From Bugula neritina (Eukaryota > Animalia > Bryozoa), in assembly GCA_964035545.1 (NCBI GenBank), contig OZ037768.1:2202741-2266740 (forward strand): a stretch of 64,000 nt of DNA, written 5' to 3'. This document shows, in pieces, positions 28,409 to 41,900 of the stretch. The translations under genes were made by a program, and so were the position numbers. Under the pieces are notes generated by a model that worked only from the letters and a program-made list of their open reading frames with translations, searched no databases and had not been told where the DNA came from. Each line of letters opens with the position of its first letter. Position 1 is the stretch's first letter.

Positions 28409-31400
28409 CTAGCTGCCCTCTTTAACTTTGCTGGCACCTTTTTTTCTAAAGTGACGAGTTTCATCAGGATCAAATCCTTGTTCTTGAGAGCCAATCACAG
28501 CCCAAGTTGGTGTTTTCGCCATATAATCGAGAGAACTGAATGTTGCACCTGTCTCTCTATACTTGTGGGATAGTTGATGAAATTTGTCATAATCAATCCA
28601 CGTCCACCACTCATTGGATATTCGAAACTAGTAAACAAAAGACGATTAAATATAATAAAATATAATGTAAGCCAATGTAGTGGTAGATAACTCCAAGAAT
28701 GCACTTTGCAATGTTCTGCTGGTCAAAATCATACACCCAAGACAGTCAAAAGCAATAACATATAAGTAATTACAATCACCACATCATGTCCTACTCAAAA
28801 CTAACACAGTGCAAGATATTTTTCATTAAACTAAAAAGTACACTATTGCGTATATTAATATTCAACATGATGCCAAGAATGATTACAAGTTCAAATTGGA
28901 CACAGGTTGCTCCTAAATAACACTGATGATGTATTTTAAAGCAAATATTGTTTAAAGGGGTTACATAGGTTTAGACCTTATACTTTAGTTATGATAGAAA
29001 TAATAGCAATTTTCCTCGACACATAACATTACCACGTGTCATACAAACGTCAACTGAAATAATATATTTAAATTATGTAGCTTTGGGGGAGGACAGGGAA
29101 GGGAGGACTAAACAACCAACCAACCTTGTTGTTAGCTACGAGTACACAGTTGGAGTGCTCGTGCTCACATGACAGTGAGTAATCAGGCAGCCTATCACAC
29201 AGCTGCTTGCAAAACTCCACAACTTCTCTATGCCAGGGCACGTTCTTCATGGTGAGGTCACTGGCTGACGAATCTCCACAGAATGTCACCCCCTACAGCA
29301 ACATAAGTACCATTACGAACTAGTATCAACGTGAACTAGTACTAACATGAACTAATACTCAATTATATTAAACATGAAATGACGCGTAATTTATGAGCCA
29401 ATAAACAGCGCTCTGCCTCACCTTGACCTCAATGAAGTCGGGTTCTCCGAGAGCCACAAGTCTAGCATATTCATCCAGTTCTTCAGTGTTGAATGACTTG
29501 ACCAGAGTTAATCTGTAGACAGTTCTCTGTCCCTGTGAAACACATATGAAAGCCCACAATGTAATAGATAGAAAATCCCAAAATGTAATAGATATAAAAC
29601 CCTACTAAAGAACATAACACCATCACAGCAATTACATTGCCTAAGATTCCGCATTTGAACTTATATGATAACACTAAGAAAGGTTTGCTACACATAAAAA
29701 TATTAAAGTTATGCGCTCATGCCAAAAACAACCGTAACATAAGAATATAAAATAATAAACAGTGGAATACCACTAGAATATATCTGGTGGTCGTGGATAG
29801 AATATTAACACCGAAACAGCCATGGACACTCAGTTTGTATAAGCTAATGCACTGCAAAGTCCACCATGACTTGTAGCTACCAACACCTCTCCCGGAAATG
29901 GAGATATAATATTTTTTGATTTCAAAGATCAAAGCGTTGAAGTATTTCATCCAATAAAAATTCTCACCTTATTCTTGAGGTGACGCAGGGAGTCAATAAA
30001 ACGCTCCCAGAAGTCCGAGAACAAAGGTCTGTCTATCTTTCTCAGACTTTCCTTAGTGCTGGCATCAACACTGACATATAACTGAGTTACAGGCTGCATG
30101 TCCCTGTAATCATATTAAATCACACTACAAATAACTGCTTGGGGAGATAAGATTTTGGGTTGTCTTCTCTTTCACAATATTGTAAGTAGAAAAACTATAT
30201 ACCTTTTCAGGGTGGAGTGTAACGTGTATAACCTCAGTATAACTATACAACTTTAATATATACACGTTATTACATAGTGTATTACATACTATACATACAA
30301 TTATGACATTGCATAATACATTACATGTTATAAAGTATTACTATGACGCTGTTGCATAATATATTACACATCATACAAAGCAATATAACTCTGTATTACC
30401 TAATGGCGTCAGGGAACTGAGCGTTGGTGACTAGAAAGGAGGATATTTTCTGGGAGTGAAGAAGATCCACAAACTTGTTGATCTCAGGGTACATGATGGG
30501 CTCCCCGACTAGAGACAAGGCGCAGTGCTGTACGGCCATGCCTTCCGATATTCTGTCAGGTATGACACCAGGTACACCTGTAATACAACACCAGGTACAC
30601 CTGTAATACAACACCAGGTACACCTGTAATACAATACCAGGTACACCTGTAATACAACAACAGGCACACCTGTAATACAACAACAGGCGCACCTGTAATA
30701 CAACACCAGGTACATCTGTAATACAACACCAGGTACACCTGTAATCCAACACCAGGTACACCTGTAATACAACAGGAACACTTGTAATACAACAGGCGCA
30801 CCTGTAATACAACACCAGGTACACCTGTAATACAACAACAGGCACACCTGTAATACAACAACAGGCGCACCTGTAATACAACACCAGGTACATCTGTAAT
30901 ACAACACCAGGTACACCTGTAATCCAACACCAGGTACACCTGTAATACAATACCAGGTACACCTGTAATACAATACCAGGTACACCTGTAATACAACACC
31001 AGGTACACCTGTAATACAACACCAGCAGAATACTTGGACACATGTGAAAGTTACGAGAACACATTTCACAGCATAAACATTTGATACTAAGTTGACAAGG
31101 AAATTTACCAACTTTCACTATAAAGAAACCTAAAAACTGTTCCCTTCAGTCTGCACAGATGAGGCTACAGATAAAAAAAATTTCTATTCAATAGCCGAGC
31201 TGAATCCCACCTTTGAACTGGTTGATCATATTCCGGTGGTTGTCCAGAGCACCTTTGATTATCTCCTCTGCGGGATCCATCTTCCACTTCCACTCTGTAC
31301 CGACTGGGTTGGTGTGATGCCTACAGGAAGTACATATGTACATGACAACACGCGGTACGTAGCATACGAATTAGTTACTACAGCACATCTACACACAACA

Positions 31401-33740
31401 CATTTACACACAACACATCTACACACAACACATCTACACACAACACTGCTACCACAACACATCTACACACAGTCCAACATACCTCCAACAGAATACACAT
31501 TTGTTAGCACAGGCTAGACTGGGAGTCGTCTCCATACAGCGATGACTTTCTATGCCGTAAAACGTGTGTTTGTAACATCCGCCTCGGCCTCGCAGCATTG
31601 ACTACAAAACATAACCTGACTACAAGTTCCAGGCAGTTTAGACAATTCCGGTACATAAAAAGTGTATTTTTAATTCAGATTCAGATTCACTATATAATTA
31701 ATTGGTTAATCCCATACAGCTGTTGATTGGCTGATTCAATACAGCTGTTGATTGGTTGACTCAATACAGCTGTTGATTGGTTGACTTTAGCAACACAAGA
31801 TAAACATACCTTAGTCCACCTGCACAGTTTTACACCTGAGTGTGAGCCGATAATTTTATATCCTTGTTTTTCCAGACTTTTACGAATAGTAGGGGTAACC
31901 ATTTCTCTAACTTCACTGGGTTCGTTTTTACTAGAGGCCATAATAGGCCCCATGTCTTCCAAATCAACTATGGGGTTCTGAGGCTTTTCCTGCTCTCCGT
32001 CACTTTCATCGCTACTTTGACAGCCTTGACCCTGCAAGGAGAGTAGAAAGTCAACACCGACACCTTCTAGTAAACTCGTTAAATCGCTACACTGAATATC
32101 GTTGAATGATGCCACTAAAGATCTGAACAACTAGAAAATAGCTGCAGTTTAATGTACTGTGTTGTTTTGTGCAATTGAATGGATATTTTATGCATGCACT
32201 ACTAAGTTCATTGCAGTTGCTTATAGCCTGAACAATGAATTCACTTACTATATAACTGGGCAAATAAAACAGGAGTTGATGCAGCTCTATATAAACAAAT
32301 GTATTTCAAACCCTCACCGTGCCATTCGGAGTGCCTTTCTTACACTCACAAGATTTGGACTGTCCACTGCACGCTGACTTCTCAGCTGATTTTGCTGCCG
32401 TCTTTTTGACACGACGTTTCTTAGGTTTAGGTTTGTATCCAGAAATCACCACCGACCAGAAGAGATCCTTCCAGAAGGAGAAGTCGTTCTGCAGGCCTAG
32501 AAAACGGGATATTACGTCAGCATGATCACTACAGCAGCTTGTAAGATCCCTACAGCATCTGCTCTACATAATCTCCTCAGTCTAAGATTTCATTGACCCT
32601 TCACTTGGTCTACAGTTATACTAGCAACAGATATAATATTATTATAAAACACAAGCAGCCATCTTGGAATCTGGTAACTTACTGCCGTGAAGGCTACTGG
32701 CTACATCTTCATCACACAATGTGAGATCAATAAAACTCTCTGCAGACATGTCTGCTAGCCACTCATCTGTCTCCTTGGCAACCTATTAACAAATTTTAAC
32801 AACTCCATTTCACTCCAAAACTACTCTCTTATAACACAATTGAGTGGTCGATTTGGTTTTCCCTTTCTGTGACATCACATAGACTGGCAAACGCACCTTG
32901 CAATAGTTGGAGCCGTACAAGGAGTTGCCCAACCCTACAATGCAGTATTCCAGGCCCTGGAAATAGTCAGCACCGTATCTAAAGTCACTGGCAGCATCTT
33001 TGAGCCAGCTAAAGAACCATTGGCTAGCTGCTGGAGGACTGCCATTGGTGTACGTCGGCAGAATAAACACACAAAAGTTTTTGTTGACCTACAATGATAC
33101 AGTTCACACTTGGTATATACAGCATAATGTGGTATTCTAGTACACTAGTATATAGTACTTTAGTATAGAATATACAGTACAAGCAGCACAAGCAAAATAT
33201 TCTCACAGATAAAAAAAACTGTTAGGATAAATTCATGAAATGGACTCACTTGATTTACAAGAGATTCTGGTTCAAATTCTGATAGGCTGACGGCCTCTGC
33301 AGTCAGCCCCACGCCTCTTGCTTCATCCTGCAGCTCATGAGCAAATATCTACATAAAGAGGGCAATGGATAAGTATGAATGAACACTAACGCACAGCTGA
33401 TTGGGAGGGAAACCATTTCATAGTAACACAATAAACATTGATATGCATTAAAATTATATACATTCAATTTTTAAAAACAAGTTCTTTTAAATGTAAGAAA
33501 TAAATTAAAAAGATGATTTACAAATTGAAGTGTTAACACTACCTTAGACTGTCCCTTTTGCGACGCATATAAAATTAGCAGACCTTTTTGCTGTGATTTT
33601 GAGGAGACGGACTTAGTTTGATTTATACGATTTTGCAGGATTTTAATACCAATTGTTGCAAGTGCAACTATGGCCAGACCTGATACTATGTAAAAGGTTG
33701 ACCTAGAAGGTGAGAACTCTTTAGACAATGCTGTCGGCAT
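28409..33740 (-). CDS. TYW1: S-adenosylmethionine-dependent tRNA 4-demethylwyosine synthase (flavodoxin plus radical SAM domains)
   Basis: Flavodoxin [13 protein letters not shown] and [12 protein letters not shown]; [20 protein letters not shown]; radical SAM CxxxCxxC in [20 protein letters not shown]; [40 protein letters not shown]; C-terminal [16 protein letters not shown]; TAG at 28409-28411. Confidence 0.95.
30565..31024. repeat. 23-bp minisatellite, about 20 copies, overlapping a TYW1 acceptor junction
   Basis: Minus-strand unit GTGTACCTGGTGTTGTATTACAG. Confidence 0.95.
31383..31470. repeat. 15-bp repeat ACATCTACACACAAC, about 5 copies (TYW1 intron)
   Basis: Direct reading. Confidence 0.8.
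31717..31786. repeat. 25-bp repeat CAGCTGTTGATTGGTTGACTCAATA, about 3 copies, near a TYW1 donor
   Basis: Direct reading. Confidence 0.8.
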
Positions 33741-34373
33741 GGCCGTGTCTATAAATATCAAACAAGATTCTTAAGACTATCCAACTGTTCAATAAGAAAT
33801 TATTTCAAGTGAATTATTACATTTTATAAAAAACATGCCACAGTCATGTGTTGAATTTAATTATTAATGAGTCTAACTTTAAGTTACCTTGCACTTGTAA
33901 GTTATATATCTTGTGATAATATTATCAACATTAAAATTAATGATGAGCCTTGATGACATTTATTTTTAAGCATTAAAATTATTGTGTTGTTTATTTTCAA
34001 TCTTATACTTATACTACTACTAATACTAATAGTACGAAACCCCGCTAAGGCGCTAATCCTTCTAGTACTAGTAATAGTAATAGTAGCAGTCTTAGCAAAA
34101 CATGATTATCATACGATTACGACACTCATAGTAATCTACTAATAGTAATACTAATAGTAATATCAAATGTGATTCAATCACATTTGATATTACAGTAATA
34201 ATATTACTATTACTATTAGTATATAAAGTCAACCACTGATTGACTTTTAGCTTTACTTTCACTTTCAGCTTGAGTTTCACTTCACAGTGTAACATTGACT
34301 GCGAGTGTGACTGTCAGTGACTTGCAGTTGCATATGCTCGTGCTGATGCTCGTACCAGTACTCATAGTGATAC

Positions 34374-34482
34374 TCACAGGCCACAGCATGGCCATGACTA
34401 TCAGTATGAGTATGAGTATCAGTATGATACTGATACTGACTCTGAGTGATACTGATAGTCGTGGCCATGCTGTGGCCTGTGA
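34374..34482. repeat. Inverted repeat with 34-bp arms (1 mismatch) and a 41-bp spacer
   Basis: 34374-34407 TCACAGGCCACAGCATGGCCATGACTATCAGTAT versus 34449-34482 ATACTGATAGTCGTGGCCATGCTGTGGCCTGTGA. Confidence 0.9.
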
Positions 34483-35947
34483 CATCAACTTCAAGTTGGG
34501 TGTATTAATTTTAAATGTCAAGATGCATACCTACCACTTTTACTATGGTAGTAACTAAAGTTGCATTTTTAAAATTACAATGACGATTATTGATATTCAA
34601 ACCTAATTTCTACTCAGCACACAATCACACATTAGTTGAAAAATGTGCGTTCGTGCATCTTTTTAGCATTGACATTGAAAATGTGAAAGCTAGACTAGAC
34701 TCCCACTATCCACTGATCTCCTAAAGCATATCATTACACAGATACAGTCATATATCAAATAATGATCATAAGAGAGTCTTGTTGGCTCCTAGCATCACCT
34801 TCTTTTTAACAGAATGGAAAGACAACTTCATTCGTAACACGTAAATTTGAATCGAACCGCAATGTTATATTTCAATGGATTGAACTTGTAAATCACGTTG
34901 GCTTTTAAAATCATTTTAACAAATAACATGAAACACCCTATAGCCTTTGATGAAAACCTACTCAGCAGTGAAATACATATACTATTGGGGGCTTGGTAAG
35001 TCAGTGTAAAAGGTTGAGTTAGTGAGATATATGCCTTCTGACGGAGTAAGTGCAAGAATGTGGGAGTGGTCAAATAATTTCACGACTCACAAATGTTTTC
35101 AAAACCCAAAATATGATTCCCTAGCACCAGCCAAGTAGTTATTCACATTAATAATAACGCTCAAGCATTAACCTAGCCTAAAATAAAAATAATAATGCAA
35201 AAGATATAACATAGACTGTAGGAAGAGTATAAATGTTATTTTATTATAAAATACACTACAGCTGAAACATATTGTGAAAATAGTAAAATATAACAACTTA
35301 CAGCTCTAAAAGAGAACATAAGTAAAAGAACATTAGTGTAAAAAAACTGTTTATTTTCTGAAAATAAGTATATTTACACATTGCATATGGAAGAGTTTAA
35401 TAGAATGTATTTATTTCTCTCATCACAGTACAGCACTAGTAAAGAGTGATGGCTCGGCGTAGCAAATCTCATAGATATTGCAGGTTGCATATGCAGTGAG
35501 GGGCAGTGAAAATGTTGTCTACCATTTCTGCATAATCTAAGCAGATGGGTAAAATATACTACGAAAGTTACTAAACATTGGTGACTGAGAAATGTTATAG
35601 TCGTGTGGCAACAATCCTATGTATGTTGTGTGAATGAAATGCCTCTTCTTTGATGAAGTATCAATAAGCTAATTCTTACTTTCGAGTACAAAAATATATG
35701 AAGTGATCACAAAAACAGGAACGCCATTTTCCCATATTCTTGTATAACAAGAAAAGATTTACCAAACAAAATTATTTGTTTACAGTGTATCTATGGTAAC
35801 AAAATTGGAAGTTTAGAGTCTACAGTGACAATACAGGAAGTTGACATAGTGTCCATGGTTACTAAGCAATCCCTAGCAGTGTACTCAGAAGGAATACACA
35901 GAATTTACTGTATATTAAATGCCATCCATATTTGCTACCGTCTCCCT

Positions 35948-38900
35948 TTATATACTCTCAACATAATTGGAGGGGAATAAACCTTCTTTATTTCTAAGCT
36001 TGCCTGTCCACCATCCAGTTGGGTCTGGAAAATATTGAAGACAAGTAAATTCTACACATTCTATTAGATACAAATAGTAGCTAATTAATGAACTAATAAA
36101 ATGATTAAAAGTGAGATAAATATAGTAAACAGACCAATGCGTGTTTAATACTACTGAACTTATCATACACACCTTCCTTCACCACTTCTATGATATCTGA
36201 TTGGTTGAAACTAAGTTCTTCCGTATCCTGAGCATCGTAGGCATACAGAGCTCGGACTTTGGGCAGCGACGGCTTTGGCTTCGGAGGTTTTGGCTTCGGC
36301 CTACCGGCAGCAGGTGGAGGTTTCCTGTTCTTGTCACTCAGCTGACGCTGTATTCTGTAAAAGGCAGCAACACATCAGAGGCGGTCATATAACTAGTCGC
36401 TCTTTCGGATGAACATATAGGCTAGAAAATTATGTTATAAATTATATAATAAAAAATTAAATGCCTGATTAAACTCTAACCAGCAACAGAACTCTAAAAA
36501 GATACCAACAGAAATATTTAGAACAATAGAATAGTGCGACCTGCCACAATAAGGGTCATGCTACACTCTTTTGGGGAGTCAACTTACTTTTTGATGATGT
36601 AACATTTCAATAATTATGCAAAATTGATGGTTTTAACACTAATATCATAAAACAGTAGAAAACATGTCTATGTATATATAAGTTGAGAAAGACCCTTTGC
36701 CAGATAATGTGGCAGTAGAGTGTACAAAAGCATGAGCAATATTACAAGTTGGTGTTTAGGTAGACAACTCCAAAGTAAAACAGAAAACTAGGAAAGCCAG
36801 GATTGTGGGAAATGACATGAACATGATGAGAGATATTGACAGCAGTGTACTTACAGATCTTGCTGCTGTCTGAAATTAATACAAGTACTCTACTAGAACA
36901 TTCTAGAGAGAGGCAACACAAGGTGACTCATGCATCCGGCTATTTAGCCAATTGCAACCATGCTATGAACTTTTAATAGCAGTATTTATATAAATTCCTA
37001 GCAATGCCGGTGTGCATGAAGTTTAACTAATTGCAACAGCCCGGAGAGACAGCATACTTTTAGGTGACATGCTTCCAATAATAATGTTTTTAACTAGCCA
37101 GTAAGAGCAAAAGTTAGTACAAACCAAAAATTGAAGAGCAAATAGGAGTGAGCATTACACATGGCCATTTAGCGGGTCAGAAAATGTATGAATATTATTT
37201 GAAAACAAGCACACAAGATGATATATTTATAATCACTCGGAGATGGTCAATAGCTGGTACTCAGTCTATTTGCTCCTGTCAAGGAGTATAATGTATTTAC
37301 CCAGCAACTCCTGCTGACGGAGTCATCATAAATTCAGCACTGCTCAAATTTGCTGCCCCATTAGCATGCTTAGCCAGCTTGTGCGCGCCGTCTGTAGGTA
37401 GGTGGGGAGAAAACTCCTTGCTGAATCTTTTAGTGAGCTTGTTCTTCTTTGACTGTGATTGTTGAGGAGCTGAAATGTAACAGTTGAAAGGTGACTGATG
37501 TGACACAGGTCATGTGACTGATGTGACACAGGTCATGTGACTGATGTGACAAGATATATGTCATGTGACTGGTGTGATATAAGTCATGTGACTGATGTGA
37601 CACAGGTCATGTGACTGATGTGACAAGATATATGTCATGTGACTGATGTGACACAGGTCATGTGACTGATGTGACACAGGTCATGTGACTGATGTGACAC
37701 AGGTCATGTGACTGATGTGACACAGGTCATGTGACTGATGTGACACAGGTCATGTGACTGGGACATAAGTGAAATATGCACCGTGACTAAAGTATATATA
37801 TGTGACAGAAATTCAAAGGTGAGAAGGAAGTTTTAGAATTTTGCTACAAATCTTCAGCCCAAGACAATATTGACTACTTGAGGTGAGCTAAGTACACCCA
37901 CCCCACCGCATGCATTCAGAATCAACCAGGTATGTAAACATGTAGCAGGCGAATAGCCTAATATAAGATAATATTGAATATAGGGTTATACTAGTCTTTT
38001 GATGGGCACTTCCATTCATTGCTTCAAATCATAAAATTCATAATAATTGGCTATTATTGCAGTATAATTAAAACAAGTCAATTTTCTTTCTCACATTAGT
38101 AGAAGTTGTGCTAGCGATTACAATTCAGAGTTAGAATGCATAAGCTGCAGTAAGATTGAGCCCCCCAACACGCCTCCCGCCTCAATATCTCAACATCAAG
38201 GAGAGTGCCAAGTCTATGTATGCATTTGCCCTTTAACCTTTGATTATAGAGCTGTCAGCAAAAACAAATTAACATTATTAAATTTTTCATTGCAAAATTT
38301 TGGCAAATCAAAACACAGAGACTGCCAAATAGTTGGTTTAAACAATCAGCGCATGCATGCTTTATCACGTTTTAGTAGAGAGATGCATCAGAAGCAGAAG
38401 CAGCGGCAGCAGTGTTAGTCTGTAAGCTGACAAGGTGGTAATCAAAGTTGACTAGTCTGTGAAATAGTGCATGCTAAACCAGAGAGAAGAAGAGAGAAGA
38501 ACTCTAAGTTAGTCTAAACACTCGGCTAGTTAAACAAAAAGACTGCCAAGCGAGCTAACAAGTGCCCGGGTTTAACCACGTGAATGTTCTAAGCTGTAAA
38601 ACTGATTGACATGAGGTGCTAAAATACTCGTTACCTCCTTTAGTTATCCAAGAAGCCATACGTTCTGCTGCTAGGTCGGGCAGAGCTAGTAAAATAATAT
38701 ACAACAGAAATTACTTCTCTAAAATCTTACGTGCGAAGTACTCTCCCAGACTAGGCTAGACTCATTGTAAATGTCATAAAGACTACAACTAAACTGTATT
38801 GCTGCATAAGCAGTGTCTGCATGTAAACTGTGACTAAATTGTATTCTATATTGAAAACGCATATACTTAACCATAAAATATTTACTAAATGAATTCAACA

Positions 38901-41900
38901 CTAAAACCAATTGATGGGACAGTTTTGAGTTCATGCAAATGACACCAAGAAGAAAGAATTCAAAGCCTATAAACCAGGAAACAGTTGTTGGAAAAAGAAA
39001 AGTGTTTGGGTTGTCCTGAAGAAGTAGGAAGTTGAGAGCTGACAATACATGTTTCACAGGCTATGCTATCAACAGGATGGTTGCCAGTCATGCAGAGGAC
39101 ACACTACACAGACAATTAATTAAGGGTGGCAGTTGCACGCCCCTTCAAACATTGAGGACATAGACTAAACCCCACATTAATAGTAGACTGACGACCATAC
39201 CTGGGGCTGGTCTGTTGGGGGCGGGTCTGTTTGGCTTATGAACCATAGAGTAGGGAGGAGTTTTCTGAGAAGGTTTGGGGGCTCTGGAGGGCTTAGCTGG
39301 TTGGTCCAGAGATACCATTTTAGGACCTGAAAAATAAACCAATAGACAACAAAATATAGCAGTTCTGTAGAGCAATAACCAACAAAAGAGAATCAATTAA
39401 GTTGTGTGAGACACGTCTGTCTACTGCCACCTGAAAGGGCCTCAACTGTTGTGAATGAAGAATGCAGCAAGCAGAGAGTATTTTAGGAAAGATTAAAGAC
39501 TTTGAATACTATTATTACTACAGCACATGACACAGTAAGGCCACTGCAATACTGATGGTAACACATAAGAAGTTATCTCCACTTGGTTATAAACTCACGA
39601 GTATCTTTTGGAAGGCCTCTAGCGATGGATATATTCAATACTTTGCCAGCCGGTTTGAGCATGGCAACCTGCATGGCATCACCACCCACTAGGAACTTCA
39701 CTGTGCGACTACCAGCTCCTTGCCATTTCTCTTTCTTCAGTGCAAACTCCAAGCTAAGGACATATGATTACACGTACTTACTGTGCATTTATGACACAAA
39801 TAAACAAAAAATAGTTGTAAAAAGTCAAATTAATAGTTTGCTACCAAAAATATACATGTATATGCTACGACAGGTTATTAAAAGTTCACAAACAGAGTTG
39901 ACGAGTTGAAAGTACATACTAGTAGCTAAGCTTACCTGTTAGCGAACTGAACTCGTAGCTCTTGATTCAACTTAGCCTTAGAGGACTTTGAAAGACACGT
40001 GAGAATCTCAGTCTTGAATACAGACTCTAAGAATGAGTCATAACCATCAGAGCAGTGGATTATGAAGAAGTCGTCTTGCATGGTACTGTATGAGAATATT
40101 ATATACTAACATGGTACTGTATCATATGAGAATATTATATACTAACATGGTACTGTATGAGAATATTATATACTAGCATGGTACTGTATGAGAATATTAT
40201 ATACTAGCATGGTACTGTATGAGAATATTATATACTAACATGGTACTGTATCATATGAGAATATTATATACTAACATGGTACTGTATCATATGAGAATAT
40301 TATATACTAGCATGGTACTGTATGAGAATATTATATACTAACATGGTACTGTATCATATGAGAATATTATATACTAACATGGTACTGTATCATATGAGAA
40401 TATTATATACTAACATGGTACTGTATCATATGAGAATATTATATACTAACATGGTACTGTATCATATGAGAATATTATATACTAACATGGTACTGTATCA
40501 TATGAGAATATTATATACTAACATGGTACTGTATCATATGAGAATATTATATACTAACATGGTACTGTATCATATGAGAATATTATATACTAACATGGTA
40601 CTGTATCATATGAGAATATTATATACTAGCATGGTACTGTATCATATGAGAATATTATATACTAACATGGTACTGTATCATATGAGAATATTATATACTA
40701 ACATGGTACTGTATCATATGAGAATATTATATACTAACATGGTACTGTATCATATGAGAATATTATATACTAACATGGTACTGTATCATATGAGAATATT
40801 ATATACTAACATGGTACTGTATCATATGAGAATATTATATACTAACATGGTACTGTGTCATATGAGAATATTATATACTAGCATGGTACTGTATGAGAAT
40901 ATTATATACTAACATGGTACTGTATCATATGAGAATATTATATACTAACATGGTACTGTATCATATGAGAATATTATATACTAACATGGTACTGTATGAG
41001 AATATTATATACTAACATGGTACTGTATCATATGAGAATATTATATACTAACATGGTACTGTATGAGAATATTATATACTAACATGGTACTGTATCATAT
41101 GAGAATATTATATACTAACATGGTACTGTATGAGAATATTATATACTAACATGGTACTGTATGAGAATATTATATACTAACATGGTACTGTATCATATGA
41201 GAATATTATATACTAACATGGTACTGTATCATATGAGAATATTATATACTAACATGGTACTGTATAAGAATATTATACATTAACATGGGCTCCAATACAA
41301 GCAAAGAAAAATGTGTAATTATTATGTTGTATGGTGCAGCACTAAATAAAAGGAGAGGTTTTATTTGCAAAGTGAATATGCCAACTGGCTACCTTTTAAC
41401 ACTTATTTCATCAAAATTATAGTGATTTTGAAACTTATTTTCACAATTGAGCAGATGTACCTAGTTTAACACTCATTATATAATAATTATAATGCTAGCA
41501 AGCCTAGTTACTTCACAAGAATAAATACCTGTGAAAATATCGACAATGTGTGCACAGAAATATAATAGCAAACAATGTCTAGGATGTAGCCAGTTCATTG
41601 CCATAGCAACATATAAACAACATAGAGCTCATTGAAACAGGTATGACTCTACTAAATAGAAATAATACAGACCTCATTGAAACAGAGACGATCTGCTCAT
41701 ACTCTAGTTTACGTTTGATCACCTCCACAACCTGACCTTTCTGTGGGCCTTTCTTGATGACCTCTCTCCCGACGAGGTAAACAAGTTTATTGGTGATCAC
41801 CAAGTCGCGCTTGGTTAGCTACAACGCAGAACTCAAGTAAGCAAGCATTTCAGATATATTCATTCAGTACACGAAGTCCTTAATGATTTTAAATGCTATT

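Noticed and set aside
30396-31118. Three overlapping Cys-rich ORFs of 161-240 aa
   Set aside because: Translations of the intronic 23-bp array; only 30399-30577 is a TYW1 exon.
39415-39430. Possible MYO1E microexon (TTTCAG|GTGGCAGTAGACAGAC|GT)
   Set aside because: 16 nt would frameshift and the donor is weak.
40322-40912. 196-aa ([12 protein letters not shown])n ORF and similar repeat ORFs at 42782, 44583, 55468 and 61864
   Set aside because: Stop-free frames of intronic minisatellites; no independent gene structure.
40079-41288. CRISPR-like regularly spaced 31-36 bp repeats
   Set aside because: No unique spacers, no cas genes, and eukaryotic intronic context.
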